Shown piece after piece: positions 29,248 to 38,762 of a stretch of 54,407 nucleotides of DNA (positions within the stretch are counted from its first letter, which is position 1; each line of letters begins with the position of its first letter). The stretch is from Deltaproteobacteria bacterium (lineage in GTDB: Bacteria > Desulfobacterota > Syntrophia > Syntrophales > UBA2210), in the NCBI GenBank assembly GCA_026388515.1, contig JAPLJO010000167.1:1-54407 (forward strand). The letters are read 5' to 3'. The translations under genes were made by a program, and so were the position numbers. The notes beneath the pieces were generated by a model. The model had not been told where the DNA came from. It saw nothing but the letters and a program-made list of their open reading frames with translations, and ran no database searches.

Positions 29248-30417
29248 ATGAAACGAAATGTGGCCATCATCGGCGGGGGTCAGACGTTCCATGCGGCCCG
29301 GCGACATGATGTCGATCAGGCGGAAATGGTGAACGAGGCCGTACGTGCCGCACTCAATGACGCCCGGATGACCATGGATGAAATCGACCTGGTCATTCTC
29401 GGAAATATGGAGTTCTTCGAAGGCACCCACATGACGGATTGCTGGCTTGTGCATGGGACGGGCGCCTACGGAAAGCAGGGTCTCAAGATCACGACGGGAG
29501 GAACGGTCGGCGCCACCGCGGTCGTCACGGCAGCCCATCATGTGGCAAGCGGACTTTTCCCCAGGGTTCTGTGCATCGGTTTCGAGAAGCAGGAGGAGGG
29601 AGACACGGGAGCGATTCTCAGCGGCGTGGCCCATCCCTTGTGGGGCCGCTCTCTCGCCGGTGCGGCGGTAGGCTATTTCGCCATGATGGGCTCGTCCTAC
29701 ATGGCCGCGTGGGGTGCCACGGAGGAGCATTCCGCCATGGTTGCCGTCAAGGCGAGACAGAACGCGAGAAAGAATAAGTATGCCCATCTGAAACTCGATA
29801 TCGGCATCGAGGACGTCCTCAATTCCCGGATGCTCTCCTGGCCCATCCGGATGCTGGACATGTGTCCGGCCTCCAATGGCGCCTGTGCGATGATCCTGGC
29901 GGATGAGAAGACGGCGAAGGCACGATGCAAGAAGCCGGTATGGATTCGTGCCATGGACACGGCCCATAACGAGCAGTTCGAACTGGATTGGCGTGATGTG
30001 AAAACGACACGCCCCATCTTTTCCAGGACCTGTGCAAAACGTATTTACAGGAAGCTCGGTGTCCAGAAGCCGTCCGAATATTTCGATGTCTTTGAGGTGT
30101 ATGAACCCGCCACATGGTCGGAGCTTGTATGGTACGAAGACCTTGGGCTCTGCGCCCCGGGAGAAGGTTTCCGCCTCATTGAAAAAGGGGTGACGGAAAT
30201 CGGAGGTGCGATACCTGTCAATCCTTCCGGCGGCGTGTTGTCCACGAACTGCATCGGCGCATCGGCCATGCTCCGCGTCTGGGAAGCGGCCCTGCAGATC
30301 CGGGGAGATGCCGGAGAACACCAGGTGCCCAAGGATGTCCGGCGCGCGCTCACGACGGCCTACGGCGGCACCAACTGGACGGTCATGACGGCCCTTTCCA
30401 GGACACTGGATGATTAA
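29248..30417 (+). CDS. Thiolase-superfamily protein, Ltp3-like putative aldolase
   Basis: TTGGTVGAT (no Cys), EVYEP, NPSGGVLSTNCIGASA. Confidence 0.8.
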   Translation: MKRNVAIIGGGQTFHAARRHDVDQAEMVNEAVRAALNDARMTMDEIDLVILGNMEFFEGTHMTDCWLVHGTGAYGKQGLKITTGGTVGATAVVTAAHHVASGLFPRVLCIGFEKQEEGDTGAILSGVAHPLWGRSLAGAAVGYFAMMGSSYMAAWGATEEHSAMVAVKARQNARKNKYAHLKLDIGIEDVLNSRMLSWPIRMLDMCPASNGACAMILADEKTAKARCKKPVWIRAMDTAHNEQFELDWRDVKTTRPIFSRTCAKRIYRKLGVQKPSEYFDVFEVYEPATWSELVWYEDLGLCAPGEGFRLIEKGVTEIGGAIPVNPSGGVLSTNCIGASAMLRVWEAALQIRGDAGEHQVPKDVRRALTTAYGGTNWTVMTALSRTLDD

Positions 30418-30428
30418 GGAGGAAACCT

Positions 30429-30908
30429 ATGGCAACAAAAATTCAGGAACCGATTTCCATCCCCATGACGGTGAGCGTACCGTATCGTTTTGCGGCGGGA
30501 TCATATCTGACAAAATGTCTGATCGGGCTTCGTGATCATGGCACGCTCTTCGCCGTAGAATGCCCGAAGTGCAAGCGTGTCCAGCTTCCCCCGCGTATCG
30601 TGTGCGCCACGTGCCATGTCAGGAATGAGCGCTGGGTGGAGTTAGGTCTGGAAGGAACGCTGGTCGCGTTTACCATCATGTATCTGCCGTTGACCGACCC
30701 CACGACGGGCAAGCCGCATAATCCCCCCTTCGTATACGGAACCGTGCGGCTCGACGGCGCCACTTCAGTCCTGGACCATTTCATCAATGTGGAGCCCGAT
30801 CTGGAAAAGATCAGGGTGGGCATGCGATGCCGGATGATCCTGCGCCCGCAGGCTGAGAGGATAGGAGATCTCAGCGACATCCTGTACTTCGATCCGATAC
30901 CGGGCTAA
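30429..30908 (+). CDS. DUF35 Zn-ribbon/OB-fold protein
   Basis: CPKC...PPRIVCATC, GTLVAFT, RLDGA, VGMR. Confidence 0.88.
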   Translation: MATKIQEPISIPMTVSVPYRFAAGSYLTKCLIGLRDHGTLFAVECPKCKRVQLPPRIVCATCHVRNERWVELGLEGTLVAFTIMYLPLTDPTTGKPHNPPFVYGTVRLDGATSVLDHFINVEPDLEKIRVGMRCRMILRPQAERIGDLSDILYFDPIPG

Positions 30909-30959
30909 CGCACCACGAAGAGCGAATGCCTCAACCTATTGAGAAAGGAGATATGTGGC

Positions 30960-31415
30960 ATGGAAGAAAAACACACCACGGATACGTTCGAGGTGGATCA
31001 GCGACTCACGGCCCATGGAACGTACTGGGCAGGCAAGATGGGCACCCGCTTTTACACTGCCCTGAGGGACCAGCAAAAGATTCTGGGAACACCATGCACA
31101 ACCTGCAATAAAGTCTTCTGGCCTCCCCGTTCAATCTGTACATTCTGTTTTTCCGAATTGAAGGACGTCGTTGAAATCGGTCCGCGTGGTACCGTTGAGA
31201 CGTTTACGCTGGTTACCTATACCGAACCGATTCATCCCCGGACTGCACCATTCCTCTATGCAGTGATCAAACTGGACGGCGCCGACACCGGCATGGCCCA
31301 TTTTCTTGATGAAGTGGAAATCGACAAAGTCCATATCGGCATGCGCGTGCAGCCGGTATTTGCAAAAGACCGGAAGGGCAACATTCTGGACATACAGTAT
31401 TTTAAACCCATTTGA
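30960..31415 (+). CDS. DUF35 Zn-ribbon/OB-fold protein
   Basis: CTTC...PPRSICTFC, GTVETFT, KLDGAD, IGMRV; start after AAGGAG. Confidence 0.88.
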   Translation: MEEKHTTDTFEVDQRLTAHGTYWAGKMGTRFYTALRDQQKILGTPCTTCNKVFWPPRSICTFCFSELKDVVEIGPRGTVETFTLVTYTEPIHPRTAPFLYAVIKLDGADTGMAHFLDEVEIDKVHIGMRVQPVFAKDRKGNILDIQYFKPI

Positions 31416-31430
31416 CCGAGGAGACGTTCC

Positions 31431-32453
31431 ATGGAGGAAAAAGAAAAACGTTGCTACCTTGCCTCGTTTGAAGGTGAGCGGCGGGCCGAGCGGAATCCCG
31501 TAAACTACCAGCGCAGGGACGATGCGCACCACATCTATCAGGGTGATGAGTACTATGAGTGGTGGTATATCGACTGTTCGTTCGATAACGGATATCACAT
31601 GGTCTTGACCTATCACTACATGAACGGATTCCTCAAACCCATCATTCCCACCACACAGCTCATGGTGTATCGGCCTGACGGGAAACAGACGCTTCGCATG
31701 GCCGCCTGGAAGCCGGAAGAAATCCAAGCCGGCGCCGACTGGTGCGACGTAAAGATGGGAGACAGCTGGATGTGTGATAAGGGCAACGGGGTCTATGATT
31801 TGTCCATGATCATCAACGGCGTGGGGGCGCAACTCACGATGAAAAGCATTGTCCCGGGCTGGAAGCTGGGCGCAGGATTCAATTACAAAAACGAGGAAAC
31901 GGGCGCGGTTGCCGGATGGGTGGTGCCGGTGCCGCATGCGGAGGTGGAAGGCGAACTGTATCTGAAGGGGGAAACCCTGCAGGTTAAAGGTACTGCGTAT
32001 CATGATCATAACTGGGGGAACCGGCGGTTTTACCGGATTTTTTCTTCATGGTACTGGGGGCGGATTCACAGCAGCCAGTATACGGTGGATTACGCATGGG
32101 TGTTCCCGCGGGACCCGGAAGCCCCCATCTTCGCTCCCCTTCTCATTGCGAAGGGAGGGGAGATCGTCCTGTCCACCAACATCATGAACACCGCGTTGAA
32201 TGATATTGTTCGTGATCCCACGATACAGCAGGACTATGCAAGAAACCTTGTTGTCTCGACAGACAACCTGGGTGTAAAGATGAACCTGACCATCGACACG
32301 ACCCGCCTGGTGGAAACGATGCAGCTTCCTCAGGCGGCGGAATGGAACCAGTATTATTTCCGTTTCCTGGCGGATTACCGCATGGACATTGAGATCGATG
32401 GAACAAAGGAAACCATAGGGGGCGAGATGCTCCATGAATATATGGTGCTGTAA
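31431..32453 (+). CDS. CrtC/tocopherol cyclase-like (AttH lipocalin-fold) protein
   Basis: YYEWWYID, GTAYHDHNWG, WYWGR motifs. Confidence 0.75.
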   Translation: MEEKEKRCYLASFEGERRAERNPVNYQRRDDAHHIYQGDEYYEWWYIDCSFDNGYHMVLTYHYMNGFLKPIIPTTQLMVYRPDGKQTLRMAAWKPEEIQAGADWCDVKMGDSWMCDKGNGVYDLSMIINGVGAQLTMKSIVPGWKLGAGFNYKNEETGAVAGWVVPVPHAEVEGELYLKGETLQVKGTAYHDHNWGNRRFYRIFSSWYWGRIHSSQYTVDYAWVFPRDPEAPIFAPLLIAKGGEIVLSTNIMNTALNDIVRDPTIQQDYARNLVVSTDNLGVKMNLTIDTTRLVETMQLPQAAEWNQYYFRFLADYRMDIEIDGTKETIGGEMLHEYMVL

Positions 32454-32482
32454 ATCAAGATGAAAGAGAGGGCTGCAACGAC

Positions 32483-34009
32483 ATGAACGATGAAACACGC
32501 TACGACGCCATCGTCATTGGTGCCGGTGTAGGCGGGCTCGCAGTGGGCACACTCCTTGCCCGGGAAGGGAAGAAGGTACTGATTCTTGAACAGCTCGATC
32601 GGCCGGGGGGTCGTGCCCTGTCCGTCCGTGGTGAAGAGATCGCCGACAGGGGACTTGACTGGTACAGGAAACTCCTTTCTTCCCAGTATACGTACATTGC
32701 CGGTTCCGAACCGGATCTGGAAACAATTATCAAAAAGCGTCTTCTCGACGGGTATACCCTCGATATCGGATATCACGCCATAAGCGCCAACGGCGCCGGA
32801 TACATGCTTGATTTCGAAGACTGCATCGGGGGGCTCCCTGAAGTGGAGAAGCATGGCGCCCATTTCGGCAGCCACTATAAAGGAAAGATTTACCGTGACG
32901 TGGCAGGTTCTTCCATTGATCCGGAACTCAAGCGGATTGCAAAAGAAGGACGAATTCCTTATTTGTCATTTTATACGGATCCCTATGGATTGTCCGACGA
33001 TGATATCGATGAGCTGGAAAAGGTGTCCTTCAAGGAATGGGCGGACAAGAAGGGCATATCGAAAAGCGATGTCATCTTCAATCACCTCCACACAGTCAGC
33101 ACACTTTTTTCGACCATTAACGACCCCGGCGATATCTCGATAGGAGATATCTTCCGATATTTCAAGCATGCATTCCTCCCAAAACTGCACAGGGGCGTCC
33201 TGGGCTGGGCGGGAGGATTTATCGGCCATGGAGCCATGGAATGGTCGAAGGCCGTTGCACAAAAAATCCGGGATCTGGGCGGAGAGATCCGCTTTGAGGC
33301 GCGGGTCACACAAATTCTCGTGGATCAGGGCAGGGTGAGCGGCGTGCGGGTTGAGCTGCCGAAGGGAGAAACAACGTTCCAGGCTGATATCGTTATCAGC
33401 AACATTCCCGCCCAGCACACCTTCAAAATCATCGACCGGAAATATTTTCCCGAAGCATGGGCGACCAGAGTTGAGACCATGTACGGCTACGGCAGCTATG
33501 TTCCCTATATGGGACTGAACAGGCTCGTGATGCCGGAGGGGGAAGCAAAAATGGGACTCAAGAATACCTGTGTCCTGCCCAAGTCGGAAGGCTTTGATTA
33601 TGATGTCTACATCTGCTGGAATATCCAGTCAGCCGTGGATCCTTCCGTGGCGCCGGGGGGAAAGTACCTGTATACGGCGTACCTGCCGGTCACGGAAAAA
33701 GAGGCAATGAACCGTAAGCTGATCAGCAAGATCATGCACAGGCTTCCGGAATTCATGGAGGAGATATACCCCGGTTTCAAGGCCAGCATCGATTGGAAGC
33801 TTGACCTTGTCTGCTGGAAGCTCGAAGGTGTCGCGAAGAGCATCTCCCAGGCCGGCACACAGAAAGTGCCGGTACGGTCGGAGCATGTCAAGGGGCTCTT
33901 CTTTGCAGGTGATACGGCCAAGGGATACGGTGTGGCCATGGACTGCGCCATCGCGTCGGGGATGATCTGCGCGGGTGAGATCCTGGGCAAGGACTTCGGA
34001 ATCCGTTAA
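32483..34009 (+). CDS. Phytoene desaturase-family (COG1233) FAD oxidoreductase #2
   Basis: VIGAGVGGL, RPGGR, LDIGYH, DPSVAPGGK, VKGLFFAGD...GVAMDCA. Confidence 0.85.
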   Translation: MNDETRYDAIVIGAGVGGLAVGTLLAREGKKVLILEQLDRPGGRALSVRGEEIADRGLDWYRKLLSSQYTYIAGSEPDLETIIKKRLLDGYTLDIGYHAISANGAGYMLDFEDCIGGLPEVEKHGAHFGSHYKGKIYRDVAGSSIDPELKRIAKEGRIPYLSFYTDPYGLSDDDIDELEKVSFKEWADKKGISKSDVIFNHLHTVSTLFSTINDPGDISIGDIFRYFKHAFLPKLHRGVLGWAGGFIGHGAMEWSKAVAQKIRDLGGEIRFEARVTQILVDQGRVSGVRVELPKGETTFQADIVISNIPAQHTFKIIDRKYFPEAWATRVETMYGYGSYVPYMGLNRLVMPEGEAKMGLKNTCVLPKSEGFDYDVYICWNIQSAVDPSVAPGGKYLYTAYLPVTEKEAMNRKLISKIMHRLPEFMEEIYPGFKASIDWKLDLVCWKLEGVAKSISQAGTQKVPVRSEHVKGLFFAGDTAKGYGVAMDCAIASGMICAGEILGKDFGIR

Positions 34010-34033
34010 TCTTAAGAAAGGTGGAAACTCATT

Positions 34034-35257
34034 ATGAAACCAGATGATGTGGTCATTGTCAGTGCCGTTCGAACTCCTTTCGGCAGATTCGACGGTGTGC
34101 TCAAAACCGTTCTGAGCATGGACCTCGGTGTGCTCGCACTCAAGGAAGTGGTGCGGCGGATCAATCTCGATCCCGCACAGGTGGATGAAGTCTATTACGG
34201 CACATGCATTCCCGCCGAGTATGCCATTTATACCAATGTTCCCGCCCGGCAGATTACGCTCCTGGCGGGATTCCCGGAGAATAACATCTCGCTCACCATC
34301 GACCGCGCCTGCTGTTCATCCATGACGGCCCTGCGGCTTGGATGGAGAGCGATCAAATCGGGAGCGGCGCAGATTGTCATCGCCTCCGGCGCTGAAAACA
34401 TGGGCAACGTTCCGCTCATCGCCAGTGCGGAAAAAACCCGCTGGGGAAGCCGCCTCGGAAACGTGCCACTCGAAGACGTGCTGTTCGAGCTCGGCTACAG
34501 CCGCAAGGGATTTGCGCCGGTGGCCACCGATGCAGGCGAAGTGGCCGTCGAATACGGCGTCACCAGACAAAAGCAGGACGAATGGGCCATCCGAAGCCAC
34601 CGGAAATACTTCGAGGCCTTCAAAGCGGGAAAATTCAAAATCGGCGAGGAACTGATGCGCCTGGAAATTCCCCAGAAGCGGGGCGATCCGATTGTGCTCG
34701 AAAAGGATGAATCTCCCAGGGAGAATCTTACCCTGGAGAAGATGGCCGCGCTGAAGACCGTGTACGGAAGCCCGACCGTCACCGCGGGCAATGCCCCGGG
34801 CCTCAATTCGGGAGCATCGGCGGTGGTGATCATGGCACGGCGGAAAGCTGACGAACTTGGACTGGAGCCGCTGGGAGAAATTGCAGCCTGTGAGCCCGCG
34901 GCGGGATCGCCCAAATACATGGCTTGCGTCCCGGCCCAGACCATCGACAAGATGCTTGCCAGGACCGGCCATGCCATCGGTGATATCGATCTCGTAGAAA
35001 TCAACGAGGCCTTTGCCGCAGTCACCCTGGTATCGCTCAAGATGCTGGCCAAGGACGATCCGGGCAAGTGGCAGGAGCTCCAGGACAAGTCGAACGTGAA
35101 TGGAGGCGCCATTGCCATCGGACATCCGGTAGGGGCAAGCGGTGCGAGGATCACCATGGCCCTTCTGTACGAGCTTCGGCGGCGAGGCGGCGGCCTCGGA
35201 GTTGCCGCCATCTGCGGAGGCCTTTCGCAGGGGGAAGCGCTCCTTTTGAAAGTATAA
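34034..35257 (+). CDS. Acetyl-CoA C-acyltransferase (thiolase)
   Basis: RTPFG, RACCSS, NEAF, GHPVGASG, ICGGLSQG. Confidence 0.9.
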   Translation: MKPDDVVIVSAVRTPFGRFDGVLKTVLSMDLGVLALKEVVRRINLDPAQVDEVYYGTCIPAEYAIYTNVPARQITLLAGFPENNISLTIDRACCSSMTALRLGWRAIKSGAAQIVIASGAENMGNVPLIASAEKTRWGSRLGNVPLEDVLFELGYSRKGFAPVATDAGEVAVEYGVTRQKQDEWAIRSHRKYFEAFKAGKFKIGEELMRLEIPQKRGDPIVLEKDESPRENLTLEKMAALKTVYGSPTVTAGNAPGLNSGASAVVIMARRKADELGLEPLGEIAACEPAAGSPKYMACVPAQTIDKMLARTGHAIGDIDLVEINEAFAAVTLVSLKMLAKDDPGKWQELQDKSNVNGGAIAIGHPVGASGARITMALLYELRRRGGGLGVAAICGGLSQGEALLLKV

Positions 35258-35292
35258 CTGACGGAAGAAGAAAAAAGAGACAGGGGAAGCCA

Positions 35293-35443
35293 ATGGGAAG
35301 AAAAGTGATTGTCACCTGCGCACTGGTCGGTTCGGCGACGCGCAAAAATCAGAACCCCAGTACGCCCTATGACATCGGCCCTCGACCACGATCCGGTAAC
35401 TCCGGATGAAGCCCGGGCGATCATGGGGACCACCAGGCGATGA
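35293..35443 (+). pseudogene. Internally deleted beta-keto acid cleavage enzyme (BKACE/DUF849, Kce-like) relic
   Basis: N-terminus MGRKVIVTCALVGSATRKNQNPSTPY joined out of frame to C-terminus ...ALDHDPVTPDEARAIMGTTRR*; both ends resemble DUF849 termini. Confidence 0.7.
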
Positions 35444-35474
35444 AAGAAATCAACATGCATGGAGAGGAGCGCAT

Positions 35475-35930
35475 ATGACTGAATGGTTAAAAAGCGTTGA
35501 ACCGTTGACACTGAAGGGGCAAATCGCCGTTCCCTATACATGGTGGGTCGGTGAGACGGGCGGCAGGTTCATGGCTGCCCTCAGGGACCATCGGAAGATT
35601 CTCGGAACAAAATGCAGCTCCTGCAAAACGGTGTATGTGCCGGCACGCAAGAGTTGCGGCCGCTGCTTCATTGACATGGAGGAGTGGGTGGATATCGCCG
35701 ATGAGGGCGTCATTCAGGCCTATACGATCGTGCATTACGGGCATCCCGTGCAGCCTGCAAAGCCGCCGTTCGCGTACGCACTGATCAGGCTCGACGGGGC
35801 CGATGTGGGCTTTCTGCACGTGATAAAAAAAGATCTGGACAGGATCAAAAACGGCCTCAGGGTGAAGGCAAAATTCAGGGCGGAGCGAACGGGGACCATC
35901 CTTGACATCGACTCCTTTGAACTCATGTAG
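35475..35930 (+). CDS. DUF35 Zn-ribbon/OB-fold protein
   Basis: CSSC...PARKSCGRC, RLDGAD; start after GAGGAG (track starts at 35406). Confidence 0.88.
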   Translation: MTEWLKSVEPLTLKGQIAVPYTWWVGETGGRFMAALRDHRKILGTKCSSCKTVYVPARKSCGRCFIDMEEWVDIADEGVIQAYTIVHYGHPVQPAKPPFAYALIRLDGADVGFLHVIKKDLDRIKNGLRVKAKFRAERTGTILDIDSFELM

Positions 35931-35950
35931 GCGCCTGTGGAGGAACTGAA

Positions 35951-37093
35951 ATGGACAAAGCGGCAATAGTCGGAGTCGCGCAGATAAAATATGAAAGAAG
36001 AAAGAAGGACCAGATCTTCGCCGATATGGTGTTTGATGTGACCCGGGAGGCCCTTGATGATGCAGGCCTTACCATCCATGACGTGGACAATGTCGTCACG
36101 GTGTCGAATGACTTTTTTGACGGCCGGACGATATCGGGCATGGCGGTCGGTGATGCGTGCGGGGGCCAGGACAAGAATATCTCGACGGTTTCCGGTGACG
36201 GCACGTTTGGAGCCTTCTACGGCCTCATGCGGGTCCTTTCCGGATACAAGGCCACCATCGTCGTCGCGCACTATAAAGGCAGTGAAGGCGATATCAATAT
36301 AACGACCAACGGCATGTTCGACCCGGTCTTTCATCGCCATCTCGGGATAGACGCCGTATCCTCGGCGGCTCTGCAGGCGAACGCCTATATGACCAGATAC
36401 GGCATACGTGAAGAGGATATTGCGCAGGTATCAGTGAAGAATCACGGCAACGCAAAGAATAATCCCTTCGCCCAGCTTCCGATGGATATCACAGTAAATG
36501 ATGTCATGAAGTCGAGAAAAATAGCTGAGCCGCTGAAGCTTCTCGACTGCTGTCCCATCAGTGATGGGGCTGCGGCGGTCATTATCGCGGGCGAGGACAT
36601 TGCAGCAAAATGCAGAAAAAAGCCCGTGTGGGTGAGGGGAGTCGCGCACTGCTGCGAGGAATATTTCCTCGGTGACCGTGACCTTTCCAATCCGGTTGCG
36701 CTGCGTGAAGCGGCAACGCGGGCATACGCGATGGCAGGAATCAGGAACCCGATCGAAGATATCGATGTGGCCGAAGTGCTTGAGCCGTTCAGTTACATGG
36801 AACCCCTGTGGCTTGAAGGGCTGGGGTTCTGCGAACCGGGAGCGGGCTGCAGTCTCATCACAAAAGGAATTACCGTCATGGGTGGGAAGCTTCCCGTCAA
36901 TCCATCCGGCGGCGCACTGTCGGCAAACCCTGTGCTTGTGGCCGGGCTTGCGAGGCTGATTGAAGCCGCGCTCCAGGTCCGGGGCGAAGCCGGGGCACGA
37001 CAGGTGAAGAACGCCGACACGGCGCTCGCGCAGGGCTTCAACGGACCGTGCGGTCAAAGCCACTGCGTGTGGATCATCAGCGGGACGAAGTGA
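35951..37093 (+). CDS. Thiolase-superfamily protein lacking catalytic Cys (Ltp4-like)
   Basis: VSGDGTFG at the Cys position, EVLEPFSY, NPSGGALSANP. Confidence 0.8.
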   Translation: MDKAAIVGVAQIKYERRKKDQIFADMVFDVTREALDDAGLTIHDVDNVVTVSNDFFDGRTISGMAVGDACGGQDKNISTVSGDGTFGAFYGLMRVLSGYKATIVVAHYKGSEGDINITTNGMFDPVFHRHLGIDAVSSAALQANAYMTRYGIREEDIAQVSVKNHGNAKNNPFAQLPMDITVNDVMKSRKIAEPLKLLDCCPISDGAAAVIIAGEDIAAKCRKKPVWVRGVAHCCEEYFLGDRDLSNPVALREAATRAYAMAGIRNPIEDIDVAEVLEPFSYMEPLWLEGLGFCEPGAGCSLITKGITVMGGKLPVNPSGGALSANPVLVAGLARLIEAALQVRGEAGARQVKNADTALAQGFNGPCGQSHCVWIISGTK

Positions 37094-37101
37094 GGTGACC
37101 A

Positions 37102-38262
37102 ATGGCACGAAGAGTAGCTATCGTAGGAACGGGACAGACATACCACAAGAGCCACAGGCCTGATGTGACGTCGCGGGAAATGATCAAGGAAGCCGTGTCA
37201 AGCGCGCTTGCCGATGCCGAACTGACCATCAGGGATATCGATGCCATTGTCATCGGCAATATGGACCACTTCGAGTCCATCAACTACGTTGACACCTACA
37301 GCGTTGAAGGCTCCGGCGGCGTGATGAAGCCGATCATGAAGGTGACGACCGGCGGCACCACGGGGGCGACGGTGGCAATCGCGGCATACTACCATGTGTC
37401 TTCAGGTTTCTTTGACAGGGTGCTGGCGATCGGATTCGAGAAGAACTCCGAATCGGATACCACGGGAGCAATCATCACCTGCTCCGATCCGGTGTGGGAT
37501 CGGTTCTCGTATTCCGGGGCGATACCGAGCCTTGCCACGGAGGCAACGGCATACATGGAGAAGTACGGTGCGACCCAGGAAGATGCCGCGCTTATCGCGG
37601 AGCGGGACCGCGGCCATGCGATGAATAATCCTTACGCGCACCTGAGGCGGCCCCTTACCGTTGCGGATATCATGGCGTCGCCGATGCTTGCGTATCCGAT
37701 CAAGCTGGGTGACATCTGCCCGAGATCGGATGGCGCCTGCGCCATCGTGCTGGCGGCTGACGGTATAGCCCAGAAAATTACCGGCAAGCCGGCATGGTTC
37801 AAGGCCGCCGCCGTGAGACATACCTACACCTGGTTCGGCGACTCCACGGATTATAACAAGGGACTCGTATCGATGCAGCGCGCCTCAAAGGACGCCTATG
37901 CGCAGGCAGGAATCACGAAGCCCGTTGACGAGATCGATGTGGCGGAGCTCTATCTTCCCTATACGTGGGCCGGCCTCAAGTGGATTGAGGATATCGGATT
38001 CTGCGGTCCCGGGGAGGCCTCGAAATTTGTAGGCGACGGGCACACCCACATGGGCGGCAAGCTCCCCATCAACCCGTCGGGGGGCGTGATTTCAACAAAC
38101 TGCATCGGGGCAACAGCCCTGCTCCGGGTTGCGGAAGCGGCCATCCAGGTCATGGGCAAAGGCGATACAAGGCAGGTCCCCGATGTCAGGAATGCCATCG
38201 CCACAGGATTCGGCGGCTGCTTCTGGAGTGATATCGTCATTCTAAGCTCAGAGAGACCATAA
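37102..38262 (+). CDS. Thiolase-superfamily protein, Ltp3-like putative aldolase
   Basis: TTGGTTGAT, ELYLP, NPSGGVISTNCIGATA; paralogue of 29248-30417. Confidence 0.8.
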   Translation: MARRVAIVGTGQTYHKSHRPDVTSREMIKEAVSSALADAELTIRDIDAIVIGNMDHFESINYVDTYSVEGSGGVMKPIMKVTTGGTTGATVAIAAYYHVSSGFFDRVLAIGFEKNSESDTTGAIITCSDPVWDRFSYSGAIPSLATEATAYMEKYGATQEDAALIAERDRGHAMNNPYAHLRRPLTVADIMASPMLAYPIKLGDICPRSDGACAIVLAADGIAQKITGKPAWFKAAAVRHTYTWFGDSTDYNKGLVSMQRASKDAYAQAGITKPVDEIDVAELYLPYTWAGLKWIEDIGFCGPGEASKFVGDGHTHMGGKLPINPSGGVISTNCIGATALLRVAEAAIQVMGKGDTRQVPDVRNAIATGFGGCFWSDIVILSSERP

Positions 38263-38279
38263 CAGGAAGGGGAACAACC

Positions 38280-38759
38280 ATGTCGACACAGAACAGGCAA
38301 GGTGAACTGATGCAGTTAACCTTCGCATACCCGATGCCGTACGAATGGTCCATCGGGCTCTACGGAAGCAGGTTCTTTCAGGAAATAAAGGAGAAGAGAC
38401 GTTTCATCGGCATCAAGTGCAATGGCTGCGGTATGGTGTACGTTCCGCCGCGCCGTGTGTGTGGCCCCTGTTTCAAAGAGCTGTCAGAGCTCGTTCCTCT
38501 GTCCGACACGGGCGTGATAACGGCGTTCTCCGTGGTGAATTATCCTTTTATCGATCCGAACACGGGACTTCAGCGACCCATTCCCTATACGTACGGCTAT
38601 ATCAGGCTCGACGGCGCCGACAATATCTTTTCACACATCATCAATGAAACGGACCTCGGCAGAATCCATGTCGGGATGAAGGTGCGGGCGGTATTCAAGG
38701 AACCCGATCGAATGCAGGGCAACATCCAGGACATCAAATATTTTGATATCATCAGCTGA
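38280..38759 (+). CDS. DUF35 Zn-ribbon/OB-fold protein
   Basis: CNGC...PPRRVCGPC, RLDGAD, VGMKV. Confidence 0.88.
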   Translation: MSTQNRQGELMQLTFAYPMPYEWSIGLYGSRFFQEIKEKRRFIGIKCNGCGMVYVPPRRVCGPCFKELSELVPLSDTGVITAFSVVNYPFIDPNTGLQRPIPYTYGYIRLDGADNIFSHIINETDLGRIHVGMKVRAVFKEPDRMQGNIQDIKYFDIIS

Positions 38760-38762
38760 ATC

